NCBI GenBank assembly: GCA_964430885.1 | Contig: CAYSHM010000004.1 | Coordinates: 1-64,000 of the forward strand | DNA: 64,000 nt | Direction of reading: 5' to 3' | From: an uncultured archaeon | Lineage (GTDB): Archaea; Thermoplasmatota; Penumbrarchaeia; JASLWR01 | Shown here: positions 36,145 through 45,876 of the stretch, one piece after another | How the letters are laid out: each line of letters opens with the position of its first letter | Position numbering within the stretch: position 1 is the first letter of the stretch | Program-made: the position numbers and the translations under genes | The notes under the pieces: generated by a model | Told to the model about the DNA's origin: nothing | The model's input: only the letters and a program-made list of their open reading frames with translations | Databases searched by the model: none

Positions 36145-38487
36145 TTAATTTTTATTCTTCTCAATAGCCTTGAGTATCTTCTCAGCTGTGAAAGGACCTT
36201 TCGTCAGCCTTACCCCCACGGCGTCGTAGATGGCGTTGGATATGGCCGGCAGAGCTCCGTTTATACAGAGCTCGGCCACAGATTTTGCACCGTAGGGTCC
36301 AGTGGGTTCGTGTGTCTCTACAAGGAAGGAGTTAACTTCTGGAAGGTCAGATGTACGGTATATCTTATAGTTCTTGAAGTTAGGATTGAGCATTTTACCT
36401 TTCTCATCAAAGATGTATTCCTCCACAAGTGCATATGAAAGTCCATTCAGCAGGGCGCCTTCAGTCTGCCCTTCTGCCAGTGTGGGATTGATTGCCCGTC
36501 CGCAGTCGGTTCCGGCAACATACTTCCTGCATTTGATCTCGCCGGTTTCGGTATCTATATCTACCATTACAAAGTGTGCTGAGAAGGGAGGGGGTGATTT
36601 TTCAGTTATATGTGATGCATGTCCCATTATCTGGAACTGGTCGTGCTGATAGAGTGAGCGTAAAGCAACATCCCTGAAGGTTACCCTTTTGTCGCCGCTA
36701 CATGAAACCACTTCTTTTTTGCCAAGCTTCAGTTCAGAAACGGGGATATCCAGCATATCTGAGGCCACTTTCATGATCTGCCCCCTTACTTCCTTTGCAG
36801 CCTTTTTAACTGCCATTCCAGTCAAATATGTAGTGGATGATGCATAAGCACCAACATCGAAGGGCGTGAGGTCGGTATCAGACGAATAGACGATCATATC
36901 CTCTAGATAGCAGTGGAGCTGTTCTGCTGCTATCTGCCCCATTATTGTGTCCGACCCCGTACCAATATCCGTAGCACCAAGAAGCAGGTTGAATGAACCG
37001 TCATCGTTCATCTTCATGCTGGCGGCTCCCATGTCCACCTTTGGAATTGAAGAACCTTGCATAAGACACGCTTCTCCGAAACCTCTTTTTATTGGGCCCT
37101 TAACCTGTTTTTTCAATTCTTCCCGTTTGTCCCATCCGATGAGTTCCCGGCCCCTGTCGATACACTCATCTAATCCGCAGCTCTCGATGGATTGGGGAAC
37201 GCCCTCTCCACCTTCTCCAAGTGCCTTGAATATTGGTGAGGTCTCCCCAACCTTAATATGGTTCATTTTACGCATTTCCAAGGGATCCATACCAATCTCA
37301 TTCGCCATCCTTGTGACGTTGCATTCCATGGCAAAGGCGGCCTGGGTCGCCCCGTAGCCCCGGTAGGCTCCGGGAACGGGCAGGTTGGTATAGACCACAT
37401 CAGCCTTGAATCTCACATTATCGCATCTGTATAGAGGCAGCACCTTGGACCCGCAGTTGCATACCACAGTAAGTCCATGGGAGCCGTATGCTCCGGTGTT
37501 GCTAAGGCAGAACATATCTATAGCAGTGATTGTCCCGTCCTTTTTGCATCCTGTTCTTAGAATGGTTTTTATAGGGTGTCTTGTCCTAGCTGATACGAAC
37601 TCTTCTTTCCTGGTGAATTCTAGAAGTGCAGGTCGCCCGGTTTTCTCGGTGACCATTGCAACTACAGGTTCCAGAAGTACTTCCTGTTTTGTACCGAATC
37701 CTCCACCGATACGAGGTTTTATTACCCTAATCCTTTTTACAGGTACATCCAGTACCTGAGCGGTTATCCTTCTGGCATGAAAGGGGACCTGGGTTGATGA
37801 AACAATAGTGATCCTTCCATCGCCTTCTGGCATTGCCAGGGCGATATGAGGTTCTATTGGACAGTGCTGGCCGTAATGTGCGTAATACGCGTCCTCGACG
37901 ATGACATCAGCCTCTTCAAATCCCTTATCGAGATCACCGATCTCCATATCAACGCTGGCGGCGAGGTTTCTCTTTGGTTCGTAAGGTACTGGAATTATTA
38001 CCTTTGCATCCTCCTCGTCATGAATTACGGGGGCGCCTTCTTCAAGTGCCTCCCCCATATCAAGAACCGCAGGCAGTAAGTCATACTCCACCTCTACTGC
38101 ATCTGCAGCTTTTTTTGCAGTTTCTAGGTCTTCAGCAGCGACTATGGCCACTCTGTCGCCTACATACCTCACCTTGCAGTCCAGGAGATATGAATCATAG
38201 GGTGAGGGCTCCGGGTAACCTTGACCAGCTGTTGTGTGAGGAATGCGGGGAACGTTCTCGTGGGTTAATATTATTGCGACACCAGGGATATCCATGGCTT
38301 TTGAGGTATCTATCTTCTTAATCCTGGCATGTGCATGGGGTGAACGGAGCACCTTCACATGAAGGGGTTCTTTGACATCCCAATCAGCTACGAACTTTGA
38401 CATTCCGGTAGCCAATGACATACCGTCAACTTTGGTTTCCCTCTTCCCTACAACCTCCAGTCCCCCATGTTTTTCCCCGCAGCTCAT
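36145..38487 (-). CDS. Xanthine dehydrogenase family molybdopterin-binding subunit
   Basis: RSPHAHA, STQVPF, GGGFGTK, AYRGYG, DIGTGS, YASSTT, GPYGAKSVAE. Confidence 0.93.
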   Translation of the reverse strand: MSCGEKHGGLEVVGKRETKVDGMSLATGMSKFVADWDVKEPLHVKVLRSPHAHARIKKIDTSKAMDIPGVAIILTHENVPRIPHTTAGQGYPEPSPYDSYLLDCKVRYVGDRVAIVAAEDLETAKKAADAVEVEYDLLPAVLDMGEALEEGAPVIHDEEDAKVIIPVPYEPKRNLAASVDMEIGDLDKGFEEADVIVEDAYYAHYGQHCPIEPHIALAMPEGDGRITIVSSTQVPFHARRITAQVLDVPVKRIRVIKPRIGGGFGTKQEVLLEPVVAMVTEKTGRPALLEFTRKEEFVSARTRHPIKTILRTGCKKDGTITAIDMFCLSNTGAYGSHGLTVVCNCGSKVLPLYRCDNVRFKADVVYTNLPVPGAYRGYGATQAAFAMECNVTRMANEIGMDPLEMRKMNHIKVGETSPIFKALGEGGEGVPQSIESCGLDECIDRGRELIGWDKREELKKQVKGPIKRGFGEACLMQGSSIPKVDMGAASMKMNDDGSFNLLLGATDIGTGSDTIMGQIAAEQLHCYLEDMIVYSSDTDLTPFDVGAYASSTTYLTGMAVKKAAKEVRGQIMKVASDMLDIPVSELKLGKKEVVSCSGDKRVTFRDVALRSLYQHDQFQIMGHASHITEKSPPPFSAHFVMVDIDTETGEIKCRKYVAGTDCGRAINPTLAEGQTEGALLNGLSYALVEEYIFDEKGKMLNPNFKNYKIYRTSDLPEVNSFLVETHEPTGPYGAKSVAELCINGALPAISNAIYDAVGVRLTKGPFTAEKILKAIEKNKN

Positions 38488-38954
38488 GCATCTTCCTCCC
38501 TGATCTTTTCCGCAGCTTGTTTCACAGCATCAATTATCTTGATATAACCTGTACATCTGCATAGGTTTCCATCCAGAGCAGTTTTGATATCATCTTCTGT
38601 TGGATTAGGATTTTTGTCCAGCAGAGCCTTGGTTGCAAGTATCATTCCGGGGGTGCAGAATCCGCACTGTATGGCTCCGGCATCCACAAAACATTTCTGA
38701 ATAATACTGGGTTTCTTGGGGGTTCCCATACCTTCAATGGTGAGTATTGTCTTTCCGTCTATCGACGGCGCAGGAACGATACATGAATTTATAAGCTTGC
38801 CATCAATTAGAACTGCACACGCTCCGCAGTCTCCTTTCTGACAGCCTTTCTTTACTCCTTTGAATCCTGATCTTCTAAGCAGATCGGTCAGCATTTCCCC
38901 GCCGTGTGTATCCAAGACCATATTTTTCCCGTTGATATTTACACTGATGTTCAT
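38484..38954 (-). CDS. Xanthine dehydrogenase family (2Fe-2S) subunit
   Basis: GCQKGDCGAC, QCGFCTPG, GNLCRCTGY. Confidence 0.95.
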   Translation of the reverse strand: MNISVNINGKNMVLDTHGGEMLTDLLRRSGFKGVKKGCQKGDCGACAVLIDGKLINSCIVPAPSIDGKTILTIEGMGTPKKPSIIQKCFVDAGAIQCGFCTPGMILATKALLDKNPNPTEDDIKTALDGNLCRCTGYIKIIDAVKQAAEKIREEDA

Positions 38955-39853
38955 GATTTCACCTCCTCTAGGAAGGATGATATGTCAATTTGAATGGACC
39001 TTCTGACCATAACCTTTAACACTTTTTCAAGGTAGTTTTTGCTGTATTTGAAGTCCCTTCCAGATATGGTAAAGTTCCATTTTTTAATGATCTCCGAAAC
39101 GGAGGATTCCTCCGGTTCCTTTCCTTCTAGCTCCTCCTCCAGCAAACTCACTCGTTTGGGTAATGGATAAACGCCTGAAACGGCGATATGCAGGTTTATC
39201 ATACTTCCGTATTCATCGAGCTTGTAACTGCAGGCCACATCCATGGCTGCAAAGTCGCCCTGGCTCTTATTGAAAGTAAGGAAAGCAGCTTTTCTTCCTT
39301 CCACCTTTTTGATCTTAATTCCGGTGAGTATTTCTCCTTTTTCAATAAGTGATATAGGTTGCTTGTCATAATATTCTTCAGTAGAATATGAATATGTTTC
39401 TCCGTCCAGATAGGTTTTCATTTCAGCATCGAGACAGAGCATGACAACTGGGAGGTCCGACCACGGATAGATCATTGTGACATTGCCACCTAGGCTGACC
39501 TGATTTCTTATAGGGGTTGTACCTATGTTCTCGGCAGCTATTCCCAGAATATCAAGAGACGATTCTTTATTCTTGTAACCCACAAGTTGGGATATTTTCA
39601 TGGAAGGCCCCAGAAGTATATGTCCCCCTTCCTCTTTGATATTTTTATCAAGTAAACGGCTCACATCAACCATTCCATCGTATCTGTCAAGGTTTCTGAA
39701 CTTGACTGAAGATGCACCATTTATGAGAAGATTTCTTTGATTTTTCAATAGCTTACAGGCCGAGTCCATGTTCTCGGGATAATAATATTTTATATCGGTC
39801 ATGGTAATGCCTCTTTGGATGAAGAAATCAACATTCTTCATATCAATTTTCAA
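38951..39853 (-). CDS. Xanthine dehydrogenase family FAD-binding subunit
   Basis: IRNQVSLGGN, SDL, GEILTGI; operon context. Start probably ATG 39802. Confidence 0.8.
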   Translation of the reverse strand: MKIDMKNVDFFIQRGITMTDIKYYYPENMDSACKLLKNQRNLLINGASSVKFRNLDRYDGMVDVSRLLDKNIKEEGGHILLGPSMKISQLVGYKNKESSLDILGIAAENIGTTPIRNQVSLGGNVTMIYPWSDLPVVMLCLDAEMKTYLDGETYSYSTEEYYDKQPISLIEKGEILTGIKIKKVEGRKAAFLTFNKSQGDFAAMDVACSYKLDEYGSMINLHIAVSGVYPLPKRVSLLEEELEGKEPEESSVSEIIKKWNFTISGRDFKYSKNYLEKVLKVMVRRSIQIDISSFLEEVKS

Positions 39854-40067
39854 GTAAATTTTTCACTTATTTATGTCTAATAATACTGCTGGATACAAGT
39901 AGAGCAATGATCAAAGCAATATTCAGCCTTAATAAATTATTATGTTTTATTAGTTGTTCCCCCTGTGTTTATTCCCAGGATAATGCTGTAAAGGGATATT
40001 TCAGAGCTAAATTATTATTATCATCAATTGAATAAGGAATTTGATTAAAAAACGGGGATAAATTGGT

Positions 40068-40847
40068 ATGAAATCGTGTGTTCTTGGAAGTGGAAGCAAG
40101 GGAAACAGTATTTTTGTAAAGACCAGGGAATTGAAACTGCTCGTTGATGCAGGTCTTTCCTGCAGACAGCTGGAACTCCGTTTGAAAAAGATCGGTCAGG
40201 ATCCCTCTGATATCGATCTGATTCTGGTAACCCACGAGCACAGCGATCATGTGGGGGGAATATCCCGATTTGTGAAGCTTCATGGGCCCAAGGTATATGC
40301 CAATAACGGAACCCTAACTGCCATGAAAACCGAACCGCATGTGAAGCATAATCACATTCCATTTGTAACCGGGCAGACCTTCACAATAGAGGATACAGAG
40401 ATCACGCCTCTGCCGGTGTCCCACAATGCAGCCGACCCCGTATGCTTTCATATTGAGTCCAATGGTAAGAAATTAGGAATTCTCACTGATCTGGGTTTCG
40501 TTTCAAATAACCTCATTAATACCTTCAATGACCTGGATGTTCTTTTTATTGAGAGCAATTACGACCCTGACATTCTTCTTGGAAGCAGATATCCGGTTTT
40601 CCTGAAAAAACGTATTAGCGGATTGTCAGGGCATCTTTCAAATGCGTCCGCTGCAGAGGCGATCTTGAAAATAAATCCTTCTCCTAAAACCCATCTGGTG
40701 CTAACTCATTTAAGCCAGAACAATAATCATCCAGATATTGCATATTCCTGCGTCAGAGAGCTTATGGAGACCAACGGGATATCGGGAAAGAACCTGTCCG
40801 TCAGTTCACAGGATGAACCCACTCGGCCTTTCAGTGTATGGGATTGA
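40068..40847 (+). CDS. MBL-fold metallo-hydrolase (YycJ/WalJ-like)
   Basis: SGSKGN, THEHSDH, ESNYD, GHLSN, HLSQNNN. Confidence 0.9.
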   Translation: MKSCVLGSGSKGNSIFVKTRELKLLVDAGLSCRQLELRLKKIGQDPSDIDLILVTHEHSDHVGGISRFVKLHGPKVYANNGTLTAMKTEPHVKHNHIPFVTGQTFTIEDTEITPLPVSHNAADPVCFHIESNGKKLGILTDLGFVSNNLINTFNDLDVLFIESNYDPDILLGSRYPVFLKKRISGLSGHLSNASAAEAILKINPSPKTHLVLTHLSQNNNHPDIAYSCVRELMETNGISGKNLSVSSQDEPTRPFSVWD

Positions 40848-40938
40848 TTTTGGTATCTGATAACTCATGATTATATATAGGTCTCAATACCACCGCCATC
40901 ATAAAATAATATCCCGCCGCTAACCGCAGGTTGATATC

Positions 40939-43002
40939 ATGGGTCAAGTTTTTTTAGGTAAAATGAGCCTACGCTGGTGTGATCATTGCGATCTTCCAAT
41001 TTTGGAGAAGAAAGAATGCCAGCTCTGTTCCGGGCCCACCCGCAAAGTTGATTACACTCCTCCAGGCGATGTAAGGCCGGCATTCGAGAGGGATGTCCGC
41101 CAGATCAGGAATATAATAGCTGAACAGTTTGGAAAGGATGCTTCGGAAAGCATATTTGCCGAAGATTCCTTGGTACTTCTGAACGGTGTACCTTCACTTG
41201 ACAGAATGGACGAGGTTGTGGTTCATGGCAGGGCAATTGGAAATTTGAAATATCTGCCGATTGCAGAAAAATATGTGTTCATACCCCGGCAGTTCGGGCT
41301 CCAATTATTTCAGGGACATATCGAATCAAATTTTATTGTAGCTGATGACGGAGCAATACCTTTCATAAAAAAGGGGGCAAATTGTCTTGCCCCTGGAGTC
41401 CTTGACGCTGTTGGAGATTTCAGGGTGGGCGACGAGGTGATAGTGATTGACAAAACCGGTAATATTCTCATGTCCGGTAAGGCCAGGATGGGCCCAGGTG
41501 AGATGATTGAGGCCAAAAGAGGGGAAGCGGTGAAAGCTAGAAGAAGACTGAAGGATAAGACAGTTGCATTGACCGAACCTGAAATTAAGCCGACCTGGGA
41601 TCGTGCGGTCCAGGCCAATAAGGATTATCTCAAAGGGAGAATTGCAGGATCAAAGAAGTTCATAAACAAGGTAATAAAGGCGAATAATCTTCCCTTCACA
41701 GTATCATACAGCGGGGGTAAGGATTCCTTGGCCACATTACTTCTCGTACTGGATGCCGACCTAAAACCGCCAATTATGTTCGTGGATACGGGTCTTGAGT
41801 TTCCCGAAACTGTAGAAAATGTTCACCAGGTGGTAAAGAGGTACGGGTTGGAATTAATAGAGTACAAGGTTGGAGATTCCTTCTATGATTCATTGGAGCA
41901 TTTCGGTCCCCCTGCCAAGGATTTTCGGTGGTGTTGCAAGATATGTAAACTCGGACCAACAACAATGTTGATTGATGACCGATTCCCTGAAGGTGTTCTC
42001 TCATTCATAGGTCAGCGACAATATGAATCCACCCAGCGGATGGAGAAGGGAGATATTTGGGACAATCCATGGGTGCCCAATCAGAAGGGAGCTTCGCCGA
42101 TCCAGAGGTGGGATGCCTTGACGGTTTGGTTATATATATTTTACAAGAAAGCAACCTATAATCCATGGTATGAAAGGGGATTGGACCGAATCGGATGTTG
42201 GTGCTGTCCCGCTTCAAGCCAGGCCGAGCTCAAGGAAATAAAAGAACATTTTCCCCAAAGCAGCCGATTCTTCGGTATGCTCAAGGATTGGGCGGAAAAG
42301 AAAAAATTCTCCCAGGAATGGTATGAACTTGGACTCTGGAAGTGGAGAAAATATCCGGGGAGCGTTCAGGAGATAATGCAGAGATCAGGATTCAACGCTG
42401 AAAGAATATTCGGTGATGATGACCCTGAAGAGAGATGGAAGGCGGCACTTGTGGATTTCAAGGATGTTGAGTGGAAGTTCATAGGCCAGGGGCCTAATGG
42501 TATTGATGAGATGGAAATGATTGAGGTGAAAGCCGATTTTACCAGAAATGTTGATATCAGTTCAGTCGTACCCTTGCTTCCTATATTGGGGGAGATTTCC
42601 TTTAAACCGTCTGAAATTTGCAAATCAGGAACTAATATAGGCGATTCAGCTGGAGACGATCCGGGAAATGCAGTGATTATGACCCCCAAAGGCGATATTA
42701 TCACCTTGCACTCTAGAGGCGTTGAGCTAATAACGCCTGGCGATGATGAAATAGTTGTGCTTCCCAGAAGGGTGCACCATGAATTGGATAATATCATAGG
42801 GGTAATAAAACGGGCTCTGTTCTGCCAGGCCTGTGGGGTTTGTACTGGGAGATGCCCTCAGGATGCAATTGCTTGGCGGGATTTAAGAGGCAGGAGAATG
42901 ATAGTAATAGACCCGGAGAGATGTATATCATGCCGGAACTGTCTCGGCCCGTGTCCTGTGGTGAACTTCGATCCCGATGAAGAATACAGGATGGCTAAAT
43001 AG
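40939..43002 (+). CDS. Archaeal Zn-finger + PUA + PAPS-reductase-like + 4Fe-4S protein
   Basis: CDHC...CQLC; PUA domain (ADDGAIPFIKKGAN.LAPGV); PP-loop SYSGGKDS; WCCKICK; RIGCWCCP; two ferredoxin CxxCxxCxxxCP motifs. Confidence 0.88.
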   Translation: MGQVFLGKMSLRWCDHCDLPILEKKECQLCSGPTRKVDYTPPGDVRPAFERDVRQIRNIIAEQFGKDASESIFAEDSLVLLNGVPSLDRMDEVVVHGRAIGNLKYLPIAEKYVFIPRQFGLQLFQGHIESNFIVADDGAIPFIKKGANCLAPGVLDAVGDFRVGDEVIVIDKTGNILMSGKARMGPGEMIEAKRGEAVKARRRLKDKTVALTEPEIKPTWDRAVQANKDYLKGRIAGSKKFINKVIKANNLPFTVSYSGGKDSLATLLLVLDADLKPPIMFVDTGLEFPETVENVHQVVKRYGLELIEYKVGDSFYDSLEHFGPPAKDFRWCCKICKLGPTTMLIDDRFPEGVLSFIGQRQYESTQRMEKGDIWDNPWVPNQKGASPIQRWDALTVWLYIFYKKATYNPWYERGLDRIGCWCCPASSQAELKEIKEHFPQSSRFFGMLKDWAEKKKFSQEWYELGLWKWRKYPGSVQEIMQRSGFNAERIFGDDDPEERWKAALVDFKDVEWKFIGQGPNGIDEMEMIEVKADFTRNVDISSVVPLLPILGEISFKPSEICKSGTNIGDSAGDDPGNAVIMTPKGDIITLHSRGVELITPGDDEIVVLPRRVHHELDNIIGVIKRALFCQACGVCTGRCPQDAIAWRDLRGRRMIVIDPERCISCRNCLGPCPVVNFDPDEEYRMAK

Positions 43003-43021
43003 AAAACCACTGGTTTTTCAA

Positions 43022-44191
43022 TTACATATCGAGTGGAGCAAACCTTCTTGTTCTTTCAAGTGCCCTGAGCTTCTCCTTGTCGCCTGCCCTGCTTGCGGTT
43101 ACGGCATCATTATAGAGGTGAATGATCTCATCGTAAACTTCCCGGTTCACCGGGAATGGCACCCCGTCCTTTCCGCCTACGGCATAGGAGAATTTAACAG
43201 GATCCGACCAGGATGCTTTCTCGCCGTATATCACTTCCGCAACCAAGGAAAGGGCCCTGATGGTCTTAGGCCCCAAACCCCCGATAAGAAGCATTTGCTC
43301 ATATCCCTTAGGCTGTATCTCGTAAGCCGACGAAAGGGCCTTCCAGTTGGTCAGCTTGGGCATGTTCAAAATTGGGAGATTCTCAGGGATATCTGCAGTC
43401 ATTTTTTGGGACAGAATACTTTGAGGTTCAATTATTTCAGTATAGCTGTTCAAAGTAGCCTGTTCTTTTGGCAATTTCCTTTTTATTTCTGCAGTCCTGA
43501 GAAGGTTTATGTCCCTTTTCAGATGGCCTAGACCGTCCTTTACCAGATCTAACTGGACATTGCGGTTGTCCTTTGAATCTTTGGCACTTAGATCAAGCAC
43601 TTCTTTGGGATTAAGATCTGATAGAATGGATTTGTGGGGATCATTGAGATAATTCTCCCCGATATCCGAATGCCAATGATATCTTCTTGCATAGCCGTAT
43701 CTGTCGCTCATACCCTGCTGGAGCACTGCCCAGTCTCCCCCTTCAGCCAGGAACATTGAGTGAAGGTAGAGCTGATAGCCGTCCTGAAGGGCGGTATTAT
43801 CCACTTTTGCCACCAGACGGGAAGTGTCAGCAAGTTTATCACCGGGCAGATCAAATTCCCTGCAGATCTGTTCAATTTCTTTTGGTGCACCCTTAGAATG
43901 CCCGCCCTTACCGCCCGTACCTCTCACCGGGGCCGAAATGTTTGATAATGCCTTTTTCAGTGCATAACAGGTTACCGTGGTAGTACCGGAGGAATGCCAA
44001 TCAAATCCAAGAACGCACGACAGCGCTTGGAACCAGAAGGGATTGCATATATGTCTGATGAAATCCTCTGCCCCCCTTTCCTCGATAAAAACCCCTGAGA
44101 TGCTCTCGGCAAGCTCCACCATACGGGAGAACAGCCATCTCGGGGCTTTTCCTCCATGGAGGGGAAGATATGCAGTCCCGCTTCGTTTCAT
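43022..44191 (-). CDS. DUF763 domain protein
   Basis: LPLHGGKAPRWL, PFWFQA, GFDWHSSGTTT, QQGM, ARRYHW, SYAVGGKDGVPFPV. Confidence 0.9.
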   Translation of the reverse strand: MKRSGTAYLPLHGGKAPRWLFSRMVELAESISGVFIEERGAEDFIRHICNPFWFQALSCVLGFDWHSSGTTTVTCYALKKALSNISAPVRGTGGKGGHSKGAPKEIEQICREFDLPGDKLADTSRLVAKVDNTALQDGYQLYLHSMFLAEGGDWAVLQQGMSDRYGYARRYHWHSDIGENYLNDPHKSILSDLNPKEVLDLSAKDSKDNRNVQLDLVKDGLGHLKRDINLLRTAEIKRKLPKEQATLNSYTEIIEPQSILSQKMTADIPENLPILNMPKLTNWKALSSAYEIQPKGYEQMLLIGGLGPKTIRALSLVAEVIYGEKASWSDPVKFSYAVGGKDGVPFPVNREVYDEIIHLYNDAVTASRAGDKEKLRALERTRRFAPLDM

Positions 44192-44414
44192 AGAGATCTG
44201 GCCTCTCTGGTGGCGTGAAAGCTTTTACAGAAGAATTGGCCCAATAGATTGAGTAACGTCATGATTATTATGTTTATTTTGATATTTATTGGATTTTTCA
44301 TTGGGTGAGTAAAAGTGTTCTTGCTCTCGATAGTATTTTCATCATTTTTTGTCATGTTACAAATATGCCCTTTTTATACCAAATGCCGTTAATTATGAAG
44401 TCAAGGTGATATTA

Positions 44415-44618
44415 ATGAAACTGAAATGGGAGACGATATTCGGCGAAGCGATTTACTACAAGACCGAGAAGGATTTTCATACCAATGAGATCCGAAAGGT
44501 CCCTATGGACATTGAATATGACATCCGTCGGGCCAAGATACCCGGTGGCTGGCTTGTGGGTAAGGTTGGTTCGGACAGCATTACTTTTGTTCCTGATGAA
44601 AAACAGGAATGGAAGTAA
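44415..44618 (+). CDS. Small hypothetical protein (RAKIPGGWLV...ITFVPD motif)
   Basis: 67-aa ORF after an AGGTGA RBS. Confidence 0.6.
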   Translation: MKLKWETIFGEAIYYKTEKDFHTNEIRKVPMDIEYDIRRAKIPGGWLVGKVGSDSITFVPDEKQEWK

Positions 44619-44656
44619 TGGAACTAAGGCAAAAAAGTGGCGTATCCATCTTGCAG

Positions 44657-44974
44657 TTATTCCTCACTTTCAATTGGTACATATACCTCGTACTTGCCCG
44701 ATAAAACATCCTCGGCTACTTCGGATAGTTTTACAAATTGATGGTGGATGAAAAATAAGAAGGCCCCCGAAAGAATGAATATTCCTCCTATTGAGAGTAT
44801 TGCGGGGATGGTCTTCCAGGCGGGATCATCGATGATCTGCCAGTTGCTTTCAGCATACACGATTTTGGATAGGAAGAACAGGATCAAAAAGGTCACTAGG
44901 AAAAAAATACCGGTGATTATTAAGCCTTTTCCGATCATACCAAAATCTAGATATTTTTTTTTCACTAAGAGCAC
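44657..44974 (-). CDS. Small 2-TM membrane protein
   Basis: Two hydrophobic helices; start may be GTG 44965. Confidence 0.65.
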   Translation of the reverse strand: MLLVKKKYLDFGMIGKGLIITGIFFLVTFLILFFLSKIVYAESNWQIIDDPAWKTIPAILSIGGIFILSGAFLFFIHHQFVKLSEVAEDVLSGKYEVYVPIESEE

Positions 44975-45172
44975 CTTGTTCTTTTTCTTTTAGCCCACGT
45001 ATGAAAAGCGCTTTAATTAATATGGGATTCATACGTATATAAATTATTCCTTAAAACATTTTTATCGGAATCAGTTCATTATCCTGGGATTTTTATTTGG
45101 TCCAATACGTTTAAATCGATTCTGATTATTATCTGAAACTCTGAACAGGTATGGAATAGAGGTGAATGGTAA

Positions 45173-45853
45173 ATGTATCTCAACAGGTTTTGTCATGCAA
45201 TCGTATCTCTTATTATTGTTATGGTGTTGGTAACTGTAAGTATTCCATATACTTCAGCCGAGGAAAACCCGGTAATTGTCCTGGAGACGAATTACGGTAA
45301 AATCAAGGTGGAGCTATATCCTGATTCAGCTCCAAAGACTGTGGAGAACTTCCTGAAATATGTCGAGAGCGGTTTTTTTGATGGACTTATCTTTCATAGG
45401 ATAATTGCTGATTTCATGATCCAGGGCGGTGGATTCAATAAGGAAATGACTAAAAAAAATCCATCCTATGCACCAATAATCAATGAAGCCTCAACTGCTC
45501 AGATCCGTAACAACAGAGGTACTATAGCCATGGCCAGGACTAACGATCCGAATTCGGCAACAAACCAATTCTTTATTAACGTGGTAGATAACAATTTCCT
45601 TGATTGGGATACCAGTGCTGATGGTTACGGTTATTGTGCTTTCGGCAGGGTTACCAAGGGTATGGATGTGGTAGACGATATTGCTTCAGTAAAGACTGGT
45701 AATCAAAATGGATATTCCGACGTACCTAACGAGGACGTGATAATTGAAGAAACTTACGTGAAAGAAATGGAAGCATCTCCTGGTTTTAGAGTGACTCCCC
45801 TACTGATAGCTCTCGGTATTCCAGCAGTGCTTTTTTACTTCAGACGTAGGTAG
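45173..45853 (+). CDS. Exported cyclophilin-type peptidyl-prolyl isomerase with a PGF-CTERM-like anchor
   Basis: Signal peptide, APKTVENF, FHRII..FMIQGGG, GTIAMART, SATNQFFIN, GYCAFGRV; C-terminus SPGF-hydrophobic-RRR. Confidence 0.92.
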   Translation: MYLNRFCHAIVSLIIVMVLVTVSIPYTSAEENPVIVLETNYGKIKVELYPDSAPKTVENFLKYVESGFFDGLIFHRIIADFMIQGGGFNKEMTKKNPSYAPIINEASTAQIRNNRGTIAMARTNDPNSATNQFFINVVDNNFLDWDTSADGYGYCAFGRVTKGMDVVDDIASVKTGNQNGYSDVPNEDVIIEETYVKEMEASPGFRVTPLLIALGIPAVLFYFRRR

Positions 45854-45876
45854 TGCTAACAATAAGTATCAGAGTA

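Noticed and set aside
39973-45089. 13-bp match TCCCAGGATAATG (39973-39985) and its reverse complement (45077-45089) in two intergenic regions
   Set aside because: A single 13-bp match is expected by chance in 64 kb, and there is no transposase or target-site duplication.
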